Notes under the pieces: model-generated
What the model was told of the DNA's origin: nothing
Seen by the model: the letters and a program-made list of their open reading frames with translations, nothing else
Database searches by the model: none
Position numbers and translations under genes: made by a program
Virus genome (UHGV): UHGV-0253090
Strand: one strand, 5' to 3'
Source of the DNA: a virus
DNA: 30,200 nt
Shown here: in pieces, positions 16,161 to 25,101 of the stretch
How positions within the stretch are numbered: the first letter of the stretch is position 1
Layout: each line of letters starts with the position of its first letter

Positions 16161-16442
16161 ATGACAGCAGAAGAAAAAAGCGTCCTGTCGCTTTTCATGA
16201 TTGGGGTGCTGATTGTTGTCGGCAAGGTGCTTGCCGGTGGTGAACCCATCACCCCGCGTCTGTTTATCGGGCGCATGTTGCTCGGTGGTTTTGTCTCGAT
16301 GGTTGCCGGTGTTGTTCTGGTGCAGTTTCCTGACCTGTCACTGCCTGCGGTGTGCGGCATCGGCTCCATGCTGGGTATCGCCGGTTATCAGGTGATTGAG
16401 ATTGCCATTCAGCGCCGCTTTAAGGGCAGGGGGAAACCGTAA
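16161..16442 (+). CDS. Y: Holin (P2 gpY-like)
   Basis: 93 aa with hydrophobic transmembrane segments (VLSLFMIGVLIVVGKVLAGG...; FVSMVAGVVLVQFP). First gene of the lysis cassette. Confidence 0.85.
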   Translation: MTAEEKSVLSLFMIGVLIVVGKVLAGGEPITPRLFIGRMLLGGFVSMVAGVVLVQFPDLSLPAVCGIGSMLGIAGYQVIEIAIQRRFKGRGKP

Positions 16443-16939
16443 TGCCGGTAATCAACACGCATCAGAATATCGCTGCCTTTCTCGACATGCTGGCCGTGTC
16501 CGAAGGGACGGCGAATCATCCGCTGACGAAAAACCGGGGCTATGACGTGATAGTCACCGGACTGGACGGGAAGCCGGAAATCTTCACCGACTACAGTGAC
16601 CACCCGTTCGCACATGGCCGACCGGCGAAGGTGTTTAACCGTCGCGGTGAAAAATCCACGGCCTCCGGTCGCTATCAGCAGCTTTACCTGTTCTGGCCGC
16701 ATTACCGCAAACAGCTTGCCCTGCCGGATTTCAGTCCGTTGTCACAGGACAGACTCGCCATTCAGTTGATCCGCGAACGCGGTGCGCTGGATGACATCCG
16801 GGCGGGGCGCATTGAGCGCGCCATTTCACGCTGTCGCAATATCTGGGCGTCCCTGCCGGGTGCCGGTTACGGTCAGCGTGAGCATTCACTGGAAAAACTG
16901 GTCACCGTCTGGCGTACCGCCGGCGGCGTACCGGCTTAA
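16442..16939 (+). CDS. K: Endolysin (P2 gpK-like lysozyme)
   Basis: 165 aa, same length as P2 gpK. Overlaps the holin stop. Confidence 0.88.
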   Translation: MPVINTHQNIAAFLDMLAVSEGTANHPLTKNRGYDVIVTGLDGKPEIFTDYSDHPFAHGRPAKVFNRRGEKSTASGRYQQLYLFWPHYRKQLALPDFSPLSQDRLAIQLIRERGALDDIRAGRIERAISRCRNIWASLPGAGYGQREHSLEKLVTVWRTAGGVPA

Positions 16940-16953
16940 ACGGAGTAAACACC

Positions 16954-17379
16954 ATGAAGAAATTATCCCTTTCACTGACGCTGAACGTGTCGCTGGCGCT
17001 GATGCTGGCACTGTCCCTGATTTACCCGCAGAGCGTGGCCGTTAATTTTGTCGCCGCCTGGGCGATTCTGGCGACGGTTATCTGTGTGGTTGCCGGTGGT
17101 GTCGGCGTGTATGCCACGGAGTATGTACTGGAACGCTACGGGCGGGAGCTGCCGCCGGAATCGCTGGCCGTGAAGATTGTCACGTCGCTGTTTTTGCAGC
17201 CGGTGCCGTGGCGCAGACGGGCGGCGGCTCTGGTAGTGATGGTGGCGACGTTTATCTCGCTGGTCGCTGCCGGGTGGATTTTTACTGCGCTGATTTATCT
17301 CGTGGCGTCGCTGTTTTTCCGGCTGATACGCACGGCCTGCCGTCAGCGTCTTGAGGGGCGGGAACTATGTCAAAGCTGA
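16954..17379 (+). CDS. lysA: Lysis timing protein LysA (membrane protein)
   Basis: 141 aa, several hydrophobic helices. Same size and position as P2 LysA. Confidence 0.8.
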   Translation: MKKLSLSLTLNVSLALMLALSLIYPQSVAVNFVAAWAILATVICVVAGGVGVYATEYVLERYGRELPPESLAVKIVTSLFLQPVPWRRRAAALVVMVATFISLVAAGWIFTALIYLVASLFFRLIRTACRQRLEGRELCQS

Positions 17380-17792
17380 TGATTGCACTGGTCGTGTTGT
17401 TATCGCTGGCGGTGGCGGGGCTGTTTCTGGCGAAGCATGAAAACGCCAGCCTGCGCGCCTCACTGGACAGGGCGAACAACGTCGCCAGTGAACAGCAGGC
17501 GACTATCTCCATGCTGAAAAATCAGCTTCATGTTGCCCTCTCAAGGGCAGACAAAAACGAGCTGGCGCAGGTGGCACTGCGTCAGGAACTGGAGAACGCC
17601 GCGAAGCGTGAAGCACAGCGCGAGAAAACCATCACGAGGTTACTCAATGAAAACGAAGATTTTCGCCGCTGGTATGGTGCTGACCTGCCTGATGCTGTGC
17701 GCCGGTTGCACCAGCGCCCCGCATGCACCGACGCCAGTGATTGTCGCCAACGCCTGCCCGAAAGTGAGCCTTTGCCCGATGCCGGGCAGTGA
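17367..17792 (+). CDS. lysB: LysB, Rz-like inner-membrane spanin
   Basis: 141 aa with an N-terminal transmembrane segment (LMIALVVLLSLAVAGLFLA) followed by a coiled-coil-like region. Same size as P2 LysB. Confidence 0.8.
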   Translation: MSKLMIALVVLLSLAVAGLFLAKHENASLRASLDRANNVASEQQATISMLKNQLHVALSRADKNELAQVALRQELENAAKREAQREKTITRLLNENEDFRRWYGADLPDAVRRLHQRPACTDASDCRQRLPESEPLPDAGQ

Positions 17793-17937
17793 TCCGCAGA
17801 CGAACGGCGATTTAAGTGCCGATATCCGGCAGCTTGAGAACGCGCTGGCACGCTGTGCCAGCCAGGTAAAAATGATTAAACACTGTCAGGACGAAAACGA
17901 TGCTCAAACCCGACAGCCTGCGCAGGGCGCTGACTGA
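17647..17937 (+). CDS. lysC: LysC, Rz1-like outer-membrane lipoprotein spanin, embedded out of frame in lysB
   Basis: 96 aa from MKTKIFAAGMVLTCLMLCAGC, with a lipobox (LCAGC). Located in the +1 frame inside and beyond lysB. Confidence 0.75.
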   Translation: MKTKIFAAGMVLTCLMLCAGCTSAPHAPTPVIVANACPKVSLCPMPGSDPQTNGDLSADIRQLENALARCASQVKMIKHCQDENDAQTRQPAQGAD

Positions 17938-18367
17938 TGCCGTCACGGTGCTGAAAACCAGTCCAGAGATGCTTCGGATATTCGTGGATAACGGGAGTAT
18001 TGCCTCCACGCTGGCGACGTCGCTGTCGTTCGAAAAGCGTTACACGCTCAATGTGATTGTGACCGACTTTACCGGTGATTTTGACCTGCTCATCGTGCCG
18101 GTGCTGGCGTGGCTGCGGGAAAATCAGCCCGACATCATGACCACCGACGAAGGCCAGAAAAAGGGCTTCACGTTTTATGCAGACATCAACAATGACAGCA
18201 GCTTTGATATCAGCATCAGTCTGATGCTGACCGAGCGCACGCTGGTCAGCGAGGTTGATGGTGCGCTGCATGTGAAGAATATCCCGGAACCCCCGCCGCC
18301 GGAGCCGGTCACCCGCCCGGTGGAGCTTTATATCAATGGCGAACTGGTGAGCAAGTGGGATGAATGA
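17900..18367 (+). CDS. R: Tail completion protein R
   Basis: 155 aa, MLKPDSLRRALTDAVTVLK..., same length as P2 gpR. Confidence 0.88.
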   Translation: MLKPDSLRRALTDAVTVLKTSPEMLRIFVDNGSIASTLATSLSFEKRYTLNVIVTDFTGDFDLLIVPVLAWLRENQPDIMTTDEGQKKGFTFYADINNDSSFDISISLMLTERTLVSEVDGALHVKNIPEPPPPEPVTRPVELYINGELVSKWDE

Positions 18368-18812
18368 GTTTAAGCGTTTTGAAGACCGGCTGACCGGACT
18401 GATTGAATCGCTGTCACCGTCAGGGCGTCGGCGACTGAGTGCCGAACTGGCGAAACGTCTGCGTCAGAGTCAGCAGCGTCGGGTGATGGCACAGAAAGCC
18501 CCGGACGGCACACCCTACGCGCCACGTCAGCAGCAGAGCGCCAGAAAAAAGACCGGTCGCGTTAAGCGAAAAATGTTTGCGAAACTTATCACCAGTCGTT
18601 TTTTGCATATCCGCGCCAGCCCTGAACAGGCATCAATGGAGTTTTACGGCGGAAAGTCACCGAAAATCGCCAGTGTGCATCAGTTTGGTCTGTCGGAAGA
18701 AAACCGGAAGGACGGTAAGAAAATTGATTATCCGGCGCGTCCTCTGCTCGGCTTTACCGGTGAGGATGTGCAGATGATTGAAGAGATTATCCTGGCTCAC
18801 CTCGACCGTTAG
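18360..18812 (+). CDS. S: Tail completion protein S
   Basis: 150 aa, same length as P2 gpS. Overlaps the R stop. Confidence 0.88.
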   Translation: MNEFKRFEDRLTGLIESLSPSGRRRLSAELAKRLRQSQQRRVMAQKAPDGTPYAPRQQQSARKKTGRVKRKMFAKLITSRFLHIRASPEQASMEFYGGKSPKIASVHQFGLSEENRKDGKKIDYPARPLLGFTGEDVQMIEEIILAHLDR

Positions 18813-18844
18813 TTGTGCCATTCCCGACACCTCATCGTCACATT

Positions 18845-18866
18845 GCCGCCGGTATGACCCGGCGGC
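18845..18866 (+). other. Perfect 8-bp stem-loop between S and the V-like ORF
   Basis: GCCGCCGG (18845-18852), loop TATGAC, CCGGCGGC (18859-18866). Lies 13 nt upstream of ATG 18879. No clear U-tract. Confidence 0.4.
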
Positions 18867-18878
18867 ATCCTTCCCGTT

Positions 18879-19919
18879 ATGAACACTCTCGCAAATATTC
18901 AGGAACTCGCGCGCGCACTGCGCAACATGATCCGCACCGGCATTATCGTCGAAACCGACCTTAACGCCGGTCGCTGCCGTGTGCAGACCGGCGGCATGTG
19001 CACCGACTGGCTTCAGTGGCTGACCCATCGCGCCGGACGTTCGCGCACATGGTGGGCACCTTCCGTGGGGGAACAGGTGCTGATTCTGGCCGTGGGCGGT
19101 GAACTCGACACGGCGTTCGTTCTGCCGGGGATTTATTCCGGCGATACCCTGACGCTGGAATCCGAGCCTCTCGTCAAACTGCTGGAGGAAAATGCTTATC
19201 GTGAGCTTATCTGGCGTCAGCGTGTGAATGAGGCTGCACGGGCGGTGATGCTGGCCTGTGCCGCCGGTAATGACCTTGATGTGATTGGTGCCAATTACAA
19301 CACCACGCGCCTGACTATCACCCCGGCAGATGATTCGACCATCCCGCCGACACCGGCAGTGATGGAGTCTGACACCGATTATCGTCTGCGTATTCAGCAG
19401 GCGTTTGAAGGTTTAAGCGTCGCCGGGTCGGTGGGTGCCTATCAGTATCATGGCCGCAGTGCCGACGGGCGTGTCGCGGATATTTCTGTCACCAGTCCGT
19501 CTCCGGCCTGCGTCACTATCTCTGTGCTGTCACGTGAAAATAACGGTGTCGCATCCGAAGACCTGCTGGCCGTGGTGCGTAACGCCCTGAATGGCGAGGA
19601 CGTCAGGCCGGTGGCCGACCGCGTGACCGTGCAGTCTGCCGCCATCGTTGAATACCAGATAAACGCCACGCTTTACCTTTACCCTGGTCCCGAAAGCGAA
19701 CCCATCCGCGCTGCCGCCGTGAAAAAACTGGAAGCGTATATCACGGCACAGCACCGGCTGGGGCGCGATATCCGTCTGTCTGCCATTTATGCCGCTTTGC
19801 ATGTGGAAGGTGTGCAGCGTGTCGAACTGGCTGCACCGCTGGCTGACATCGTGCTCAACAGTACGCAGGCGTCTTTCTGTACCGAATACAGCGTCGTGAC
19901 CGGAGGCTCGGATGAGTGA
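18879..19919 (+). CDS. Baseplate ORF that appears to be an in-frame fusion of the gpV N-terminus (about 90 aa) to the gpJ C-terminal region; no separate gpW gene
   Basis: 346 aa. The first 90 aa or so (MNTLANIQELARALRNMIRTGIIVETDLNAGRCRV...LPGIYSGD) match my recall of the P2 spike gpV N-terminus. The rest (TLTLESEPLVKLLEENAYRELIWRQRV...) resembles baseplate J. The canonical V(211 aa)-W(115 aa)-J(302 aa) set is absent between S and I. Confidence 0.6.
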   Translation: MNTLANIQELARALRNMIRTGIIVETDLNAGRCRVQTGGMCTDWLQWLTHRAGRSRTWWAPSVGEQVLILAVGGELDTAFVLPGIYSGDTLTLESEPLVKLLEENAYRELIWRQRVNEAARAVMLACAAGNDLDVIGANYNTTRLTITPADDSTIPPTPAVMESDTDYRLRIQQAFEGLSVAGSVGAYQYHGRSADGRVADISVTSPSPACVTISVLSRENNGVASEDLLAVVRNALNGEDVRPVADRVTVQSAAIVEYQINATLYLYPGPESEPIRAAAVKKLEAYITAQHRLGRDIRLSAIYAALHVEGVQRVELAAPLADIVLNSTQASFCTEYSVVTGGSDE

Positions 19920-20523
19920 TTCGCGACTGCTGCCGACCGGCTCATCACTGCTTGAAGTTGCCGCCGCAAAAGCCTGTGCGGAAATTGAAAAAACGCCGGT
20001 CAGTATTCGTGAGCTGTGGAACCCGGACACCTGCCCGGCAAATCTGCTGCCGTGGCTGGCGTGGTCATTTTCGGTTGACCGCTGGGATGATAAATGGCCG
20101 GAAGCGACAAAACGCGCTGTTATCCGCGATGCGTATTTCATTCACTGCCATAAGGGCACTATAGGCGCAATCCGGCGTGTGGTGGAGCCGCTCGGCTATC
20201 TGATTGAGGTGAGGGAGTGGTGGCAGCTCAACGAGGAGCCGGGGACGTTCCGTATCGTTGTTGGCGTGCTTGAGCAGGGTATTACCGAAGAAATGTATCA
20301 GGAGCTGGAGCGCCTAGTTGCTGATGCAAAACCGGCAAGCCGCCATCTGACGGGACTGGCTATCAGTTTAAGTACAACCGGCAACATTTTTGCCGGTGCG
20401 GGATGCTATCACGGTGACGCCCTGACGGTTTATCCCTACACCCCGGAGGCCATTATTGTCGGAGGGGATTATTTCCCGGCCTCGGCCATTCATTTAATTG
20501 ATAACCTGAGAGTAAACGCATGA
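19912..20523 (+). CDS. I: Baseplate protein I (P2 gpI-like)
   Basis: 203 aa. GGAGG SD. ATGA-type overlaps with both flanking genes. Position before the tail fibre. Confidence 0.8.
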   Translation: MSDSRLLPTGSSLLEVAAAKACAEIEKTPVSIRELWNPDTCPANLLPWLAWSFSVDRWDDKWPEATKRAVIRDAYFIHCHKGTIGAIRRVVEPLGYLIEVREWWQLNEEPGTFRIVVGVLEQGITEEMYQELERLVADAKPASRHLTGLAISLSTTGNIFAGAGCYHGDALTVYPYTPEAIIVGGDYFPASAIHLIDNLRVNA

Positions 20524-21704
20524 CAGTGAAATACTACGCCATTCTGACTAATCAGGGCGCAGCACGGCTGGCTAACGCGACGATGCTCGGCAGTAAGCTG
20601 AATCTGACGCAAATGGCCGTTGGTGATGCGAATGGTGTCTTGCCGACACCAGACCCGGCACAGACAAAACTGATTAACCAGAAACGCATCGCGCCGCTGA
20701 ATCTTCTGAGTGTTGACCCGAACAACCAGAGCCAGATTATTGCGGAGCAAATCATCCCTGAGAACGAGGGCGGATTCTGGATCCGTGAGATTGGGCTTTA
20801 TGATGATGAAGGCGTACTCATTGCGGTGGCAAACTGCCCGGAAACGTACAAACCGCAGTTGCAGGAAGGAAGCGGTCGTACCCAGACTATCCGCATGATT
20901 CTGGTTGTCTCGAATACCGAAGCCATCACGCTGAAAATCGACCCGTCGGTGGTACTGGCGACCCGTAAATACGTGGATGATGAAGTCCTGGAATTAAGGC
21001 TGTATGTGGATGACCAGATGAGAAACCACATTGCCGCACAGGATCCTCATACCCAGTATGCGCAGAAACATAATCCGACATTTACCGGAGAACCAAAAGC
21101 GCCGACGCCTGCCGCAGGAAATAACACCACGCGGATTGCGACCACTGCGTTTGTTCAGGCCGCTATTACCGCTCTGATTAACGGTGCGCCAGCCACGCTG
21201 GACACACTGAAAGAAATTGCCGCAGCCATTAACAATGACCCGAAATTCAGTACCACCATTAACAATGCGCTGTCAGGTAAGCAGCCACTGGATGAGACGC
21301 TGACTCATTTGAGTGGAAAGGATGTAGCTGGTCTTCTCGCATACCTTGGTTTGGGAGAAGCGGCAAAACGGAATGTGGGCACAGGAGATAATCAGATACC
21401 GGATATGGGAGCATTCGCTTCTGGTTCGGGATGGTTCAGGCTACCAGGTGGATATATTGTTCAGTTTGGCACTTTTTCAGGAAACACGACCCGCTTTATC
21501 AGTGGACACTTCCCTATACCATTCCCTAATCGGCCGATGGTTTCAGTCAGTGTTATGTCTGATGCCGTTCAGTCAGACCCGTCGAATCCTGCCCCGCAGG
21601 TTTTGTCTGTAAATTTTGAACATATCAGTAATTCAGCGTGGCGTATGGCAACCAGTGATATCTCATATCAATACAGATTCAGTTATATTTCGATAGGACG
21701 GTAG
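20520..21704 (+). CDS. H: Tail fibre protein: constant N-terminal part plus variable C-terminal tip (current orientation of the invertible segment)
   Basis: 394 aa. The N-terminal region resembles Mu S/P1 S-type tail-fibre constant domains. The recombination site at 21334-21359 lies inside the reading frame, at the LGLGE codons. Confidence 0.8.
   Translation: MTVKYYAILTNQGAARLANATMLGSKLNLTQMAVGDANGVLPTPDPAQTKLINQKRIAPLNLLSVDPNNQSQIIAEQIIPENEGGFWIREIGLYDDEGVLIAVANCPETYKPQLQEGSGRTQTIRMILVVSNTEAITLKIDPSVVLATRKYVDDEVLELRLYVDDQMRNHIAAQDPHTQYAQKHNPTFTGEPKAPTPAAGNNTTRIATTAFVQAAITALINGAPATLDTLKEIAAAINNDPKFSTTINNALSGKQPLDETLTHLSGKDVAGLLAYLGLGEAAKRNVGTGDNQIPDMGAFASGSGWFRLPGGYIVQFGTFSGNTTRFISGHFPIPFPNRPMVSVSVMSDAVQSDPSNPAPQVLSVNFEHISNSAWRMATSDISYQYRFSYISIGR
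21334..21359. repeat. 26-bp DNA-invertase crossover site (left, within the tail-fibre gene)
   Basis: TTCTCGCATACCTTGGTTTGGGAGAA, an imperfect palindrome of the hix/gix/cix type. Shares TTGGTTTGGGAGAA with the reverse complement of the site at 23165-23190. Confidence 0.7.
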
Positions 21705-21706
21705 AA

Positions 21707-22147
21707 ATGCAGAAATATATTTTCAGTGCCGATAAAAATGCGTTTTTCCCTGTGGAGCTTAAAATCGCTTATCAGGAATCCGGCGAATGGCCCGGTGATG
21801 GAATCGAAATTGACGACACTGTTGCCGCCGAATTTATGAAGGAAGCACCAGAAGGAAAATACAGAGGCGTCATCGACGGAATGCCTGCATGGATTGATAT
21901 TCCACCGCCAACTCATGAGGAACAAATTGCCGCAGCCGAACTGGAAAAGCAGCAATTGATTAATCAGGTCAACGAATACATAAACAGTAAGCAATGGCCT
22001 GGTAAAGCGGCGATTGGTCGCCTGAAAGGTGAGGAACTGGCGCAATATAATTTGTGGCTGGATTATCTGGACACACTGGAACTGGTCGATACTTCCGGTG
22101 CGCCAGATATTGAATGGCCTACGCCTCCGGCAGTTCAGGCCAGATGA
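21707..22147 (+). CDS. Tail fibre assembly protein (Tfa, G/U-like), active-orientation copy
   Basis: 146 aa. Directly follows the tail-fibre stop. Typical tail-fibre assembly size and position. Confidence 0.75.
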   Translation: MQKYIFSADKNAFFPVELKIAYQESGEWPGDGIEIDDTVAAEFMKEAPEGKYRGVIDGMPAWIDIPPPTHEEQIAAAELEKQQLINQVNEYINSKQWPGKAAIGRLKGEELAQYNLWLDYLDTLELVDTSGAPDIEWPTPPAVQAR

Positions 22148-22712
22148 CATCCGGCGCGGTGCTGGTATCTGTTACCGTCACCGCGTCAATGTAATCCAGC
22201 ACGGCGTTAAGTCGGGTTGTTTCTGCCTGCGTCAGCTTCCGTCCGGCCTGTAATTTCAGTTGAATCAGACTGATGGAAGCCATTGCAGCATCAATCAGCG
22301 ACTGGCGCTGTGCTTCTGCCGCGTCTACTGCGGCACTATGCTGTGCCTCAGTATCTGTCACCCATTTCTCACCATCCCATTTATCGTATGGCGTTAACGG
22401 TGAAAGCGTGACATAACCGTCTTTGATGGCACCGATATAATCCACTGTAACAGCTGCGCCATTTTCGATTGAGTAAACAGTCTCATTGCGGTGGTCTTCT
22501 TCATGGCTCCATCCCTTACCCGTAAATACTGCCACTTTCCCCGGAATGTATTCGCCCGGGTCAATACCAGTAGAACAGGCGGGCATACTTACGCCAGTAT
22601 TAATATATTCATCAGACCAGCCCGTATATTCAGACGTTACTGCATCATAATAAAAACAACGCATATCACCCGGCACTGTAGCCAGCCCATTTTCATCAAA
22701 AACAGGTTTCAT
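22119..22712 (-). CDS. Tail fibre assembly protein (alternative copy, inverse orientation)
   Basis: 197 aa on the minus strand inside the invertible segment. Its 3' end overlaps the plus-strand tfa 3' end by 29 bp. Confidence 0.7.
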   Translation of the reverse strand: MKPVFDENGLATVPGDMRCFYYDAVTSEYTGWSDEYINTGVSMPACSTGIDPGEYIPGKVAVFTGKGWSHEEDHRNETVYSIENGAAVTVDYIGAIKDGYVTLSPLTPYDKWDGEKWVTDTEAQHSAAVDAAEAQRQSLIDAAMASISLIQLKLQAGRKLTQAETTRLNAVLDYIDAVTVTDTSTAPDVIWPELPEA

Positions 22713-23190
22713 TATGCAGCCCTCACAATATAATTAAAGGCGATGTTACGTGGACGGTTTTCATTAGCTGTTGGCACGACACGAGAGGCGTCGAATCCAA
22801 GGTCATCGGTTTTGTCTATAGTAGTTGTGTTATTCGGCATTCTCGCTGATCGTGTTCCTGCATCGTAAAAAGCCCCTCTGATTGCATCAAAAGACATACC
22901 GATCCCGCCATCTGCGAATCCCTCAATATTTCTTATTGCATCCCCCTGTGAAGATAATAATTGTCGCCCGGCATCCACTCCACGTCCGTCATCCCAGCCA
23001 CGAATAAATTCACCGCGTAAATCAGGCAATTTATTTGTCGGATAAACCTTTGCCAGTTCCGGGTATTCTTCAGCAGAAAAAGCCGCACCATTGCATTTTA
23101 GCCAGCCTGTTGGCGGAGTGGCGGAAGGCCACGGGACAGGCACACCAACGGGTAATGCCGAACCTTCTCCCAAACCAACGTTTAAGAAAA
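22712..23190 (-). CDS. Alternative tail-fibre C-terminal tip (promoterless; expressed only after inversion fuses it to the constant H region)
   Basis: Minus-strand ORF reading ...LGLGEGSALPVGVPVPWPSATPPTGWLKCNGAAFS.... The LGLGE codons coincide with the crossover site, which preserves frame with H. The ORF track extends to 23218, but that part is junction sequence. Confidence 0.65.
23165..23190. repeat. 26-bp DNA-invertase crossover site (right)
   Basis: TTCTCCCAAACCAACGTTTAAGAAAA. Its reverse complement TTTTCTTAAACGTTGGTTTGGGAGAA is the inverted partner of the 21334-21359 site. Confidence 0.7.
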
Positions 23191-23245
23191 TGCAGAGATA
23201 GCGGCTAACTGGCATCATCTCCGGTTTTTATTCAGGGGATCCGTC

Positions 23246-23839
23246 ATGCTTATTGGCTATGTCCGCGTATCAACAAATGACCAGAACACGGAATTGCAGC
23301 GTAACGCACTGGAGTGTGCAGGATGTGAGCTGATTTTTGAGGACAAAATCAGCGGCACGAAGTCCGACAGACCGGGGCTGAAAAAACTGCTCAGAACATT
23401 ATCGGAAGGTGACACTCTGGTTGTCTGGAAGCTGGACAGGCTGGGGCGTAGTATGCGGCATCTGGTCATTCTGGTTGAGGAACTGCGCGAACGCGGCGTT
23501 AATTTTCGCAGCCTGACGGATGCTATTGATACCAGCACGCCGATGGGGCGTTTTTTCTTTCATGTGATGGGTGCCCTGGCTGAAATGGAGCGAGAACTCA
23601 TTGTCGAGAGGACACGCGCCGGACTGGAAGCGGCCAGAGCCAAAGGTCGTATTGGTGGCAGACGACCGAAACTCACCGCGAGTGAGTGGGAGCAGGCCGG
23701 GCGTTTGCTGGCTGCAGGGGAGTCACGTCAACGCGTGGCACTGATTTTTGATATTGGTCTGTCCACGCTCTATAAAAAATTTCCCTCATCAGCGACAAAG
23801 AATAAATTGTGTCATCCCTTAGCCAACCGGGACAAATAG
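23246..23839 (+). CDS. Serine DNA invertase (Hin/Gin/Cin/Pin family)
   Basis: 197 aa, MLIGYVRVSTNDQNTELQRNALECAGCELIFEDKISGTKSDRPGL...VVWKLDRLGRSMRHL..., nearly co-linear with e14 Pin / Mu Gin including the catalytic Ser in the VRVST motif. AGGGGA SD. Confidence 0.92.
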   Translation: MLIGYVRVSTNDQNTELQRNALECAGCELIFEDKISGTKSDRPGLKKLLRTLSEGDTLVVWKLDRLGRSMRHLVILVEELRERGVNFRSLTDAIDTSTPMGRFFFHVMGALAEMERELIVERTRAGLEAARAKGRIGGRRPKLTASEWEQAGRLLAAGESRQRVALIFDIGLSTLYKKFPSSATKNKLCHPLANRDK

Positions 23840-23898
23840 CCTGACATCTCCGGCACAACTGAAAATATCACTCACCCATTAACCACGGAGTTAAACGG

Positions 23899-25089
23899 AT
23901 GAGTGACTATCATCACGGCGTGCAGGTGCTGGAGATTAACGACGGCACCCGTGTCATTTCCACCGTATCCACGGCCATTGTCGGCATGGTCTGCACGGCC
24001 AGCGATGCGGATGCGGAAACCTTCCCCCTCAATAAACCGGTGCTGATTACCAATGTGCAGAGCGCAATTGCAAAGGCCGGTAAAAAAGGCACGCTGGCGG
24101 CATCGTTGCAGGCTATCGCCGACCAGTCAAAACCGGTCACCGTTGTTGTGCGCGTGGAGGACGGCACCGGCGACGACGAAGAAACGAAGCTCGCGCAGAC
24201 CGTTTCCAATATCATCGGCACCACTGACGAAAACGGTCAGTACACCGGACTGAAAGCCCTGCTGGCGGCAGAGTCGGTAACCGGTGTTAAACCGCGTATT
24301 CTTGGTGTGCCGGGACTGGATACCAAAGAGGTGGCTGTAGCACTGGCATCAGTCTGTCAGAAGCTGCGCGCTTTCGGGTATATCAGCGCATGGGGCTGTA
24401 AGACCATTTCCGAGGTGAAAGCCTACCGCCAGAATTTCAGCCAGCGTGAGCTGATGGTCATCTGGCCGGATTTCCTCGCATGGGATACGGTCACCAGTAC
24501 CACCGCCACCGCGTATGCCACCGCTCGTGCGCTGGGGCTGCGCGCTAAAATCGACCAGGAGCAGGGCTGGCATAAAACGCTGTCCAACGTCGGGGTGAAC
24601 GGTGTTACCGGCATCAGCGCATCTGTATTCTGGGATTTGCAGGAGTCCGGCACCGATGCTGACCTGCTTAACGAGTCAGGCGTCACTACGCTGATTCGCC
24701 GCGACGGTTTCCGCTTCTGGGGTAACCGTACCTGCTCTGATGACCCACTGTTTCTCTTTGAAAACTACACCCGTACCGCGCAGGTGCTGGCCGACACGAT
24801 GGCTGAGGCGCACATGTGGGCGGTGGACAAGCCCATCACCGCAACGCTGATTCGCGACATCGTTGACGGCATCAATGCCAAATTCCGTGAGCTGAAAACA
24901 AACGGCTATATCGTGGATGGCTCATGCTGGTTCAGCGAAGAATCCAACGATGCGGAAACCCTCAAGGCCGGAAAACTGTATATCGACTACGACTATACAC
25001 CGGTGCCTCCTCTCGAAAACCTGACCCTGCGCCAGCGTATTACCGATAAATACCTGGCGAATCTGGTCACCTCGGTTAACAGCAATTAA
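23899..25089 (+). CDS. FI: Tail sheath protein (P2 gpFI-like)
   Basis: 396 aa, same length as P2 FI. Confidence 0.9.
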   Translation: MSDYHHGVQVLEINDGTRVISTVSTAIVGMVCTASDADAETFPLNKPVLITNVQSAIAKAGKKGTLAASLQAIADQSKPVTVVVRVEDGTGDDEETKLAQTVSNIIGTTDENGQYTGLKALLAAESVTGVKPRILGVPGLDTKEVAVALASVCQKLRAFGYISAWGCKTISEVKAYRQNFSQRELMVIWPDFLAWDTVTSTTATAYATARALGLRAKIDQEQGWHKTLSNVGVNGVTGISASVFWDLQESGTDADLLNESGVTTLIRRDGFRFWGNRTCSDDPLFLFENYTRTAQVLADTMAEAHMWAVDKPITATLIRDIVDGINAKFRELKTNGYIVDGSCWFSEESNDAETLKAGKLYIDYDYTPVPPLENLTLRQRITDKYLANLVTSVNSN

Positions 25090-25101
25090 GGAGCCTGACC
25101 G

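Larger units (their letters stand above)
21347..23177. other. Invertible tail-fibre DNA segment (G/C/P-segment-like), about 1.8 kb
   Basis: Bounded by inverted 26-bp crossover sites. Contains two convergent sets of tail-fibre tip plus tail-fibre assembly genes. A Din-family invertase gene lies immediately outside. Confidence 0.7.

Noticed and set aside
23191-23245. Possible Fis-dependent recombinational enhancer for the invertase
   Set aside because: In Hin/Gin systems the enhancer lies within the 5' part of the invertase gene, but I could not identify Fis sites confidently by eye, so it is not reported as a feature.
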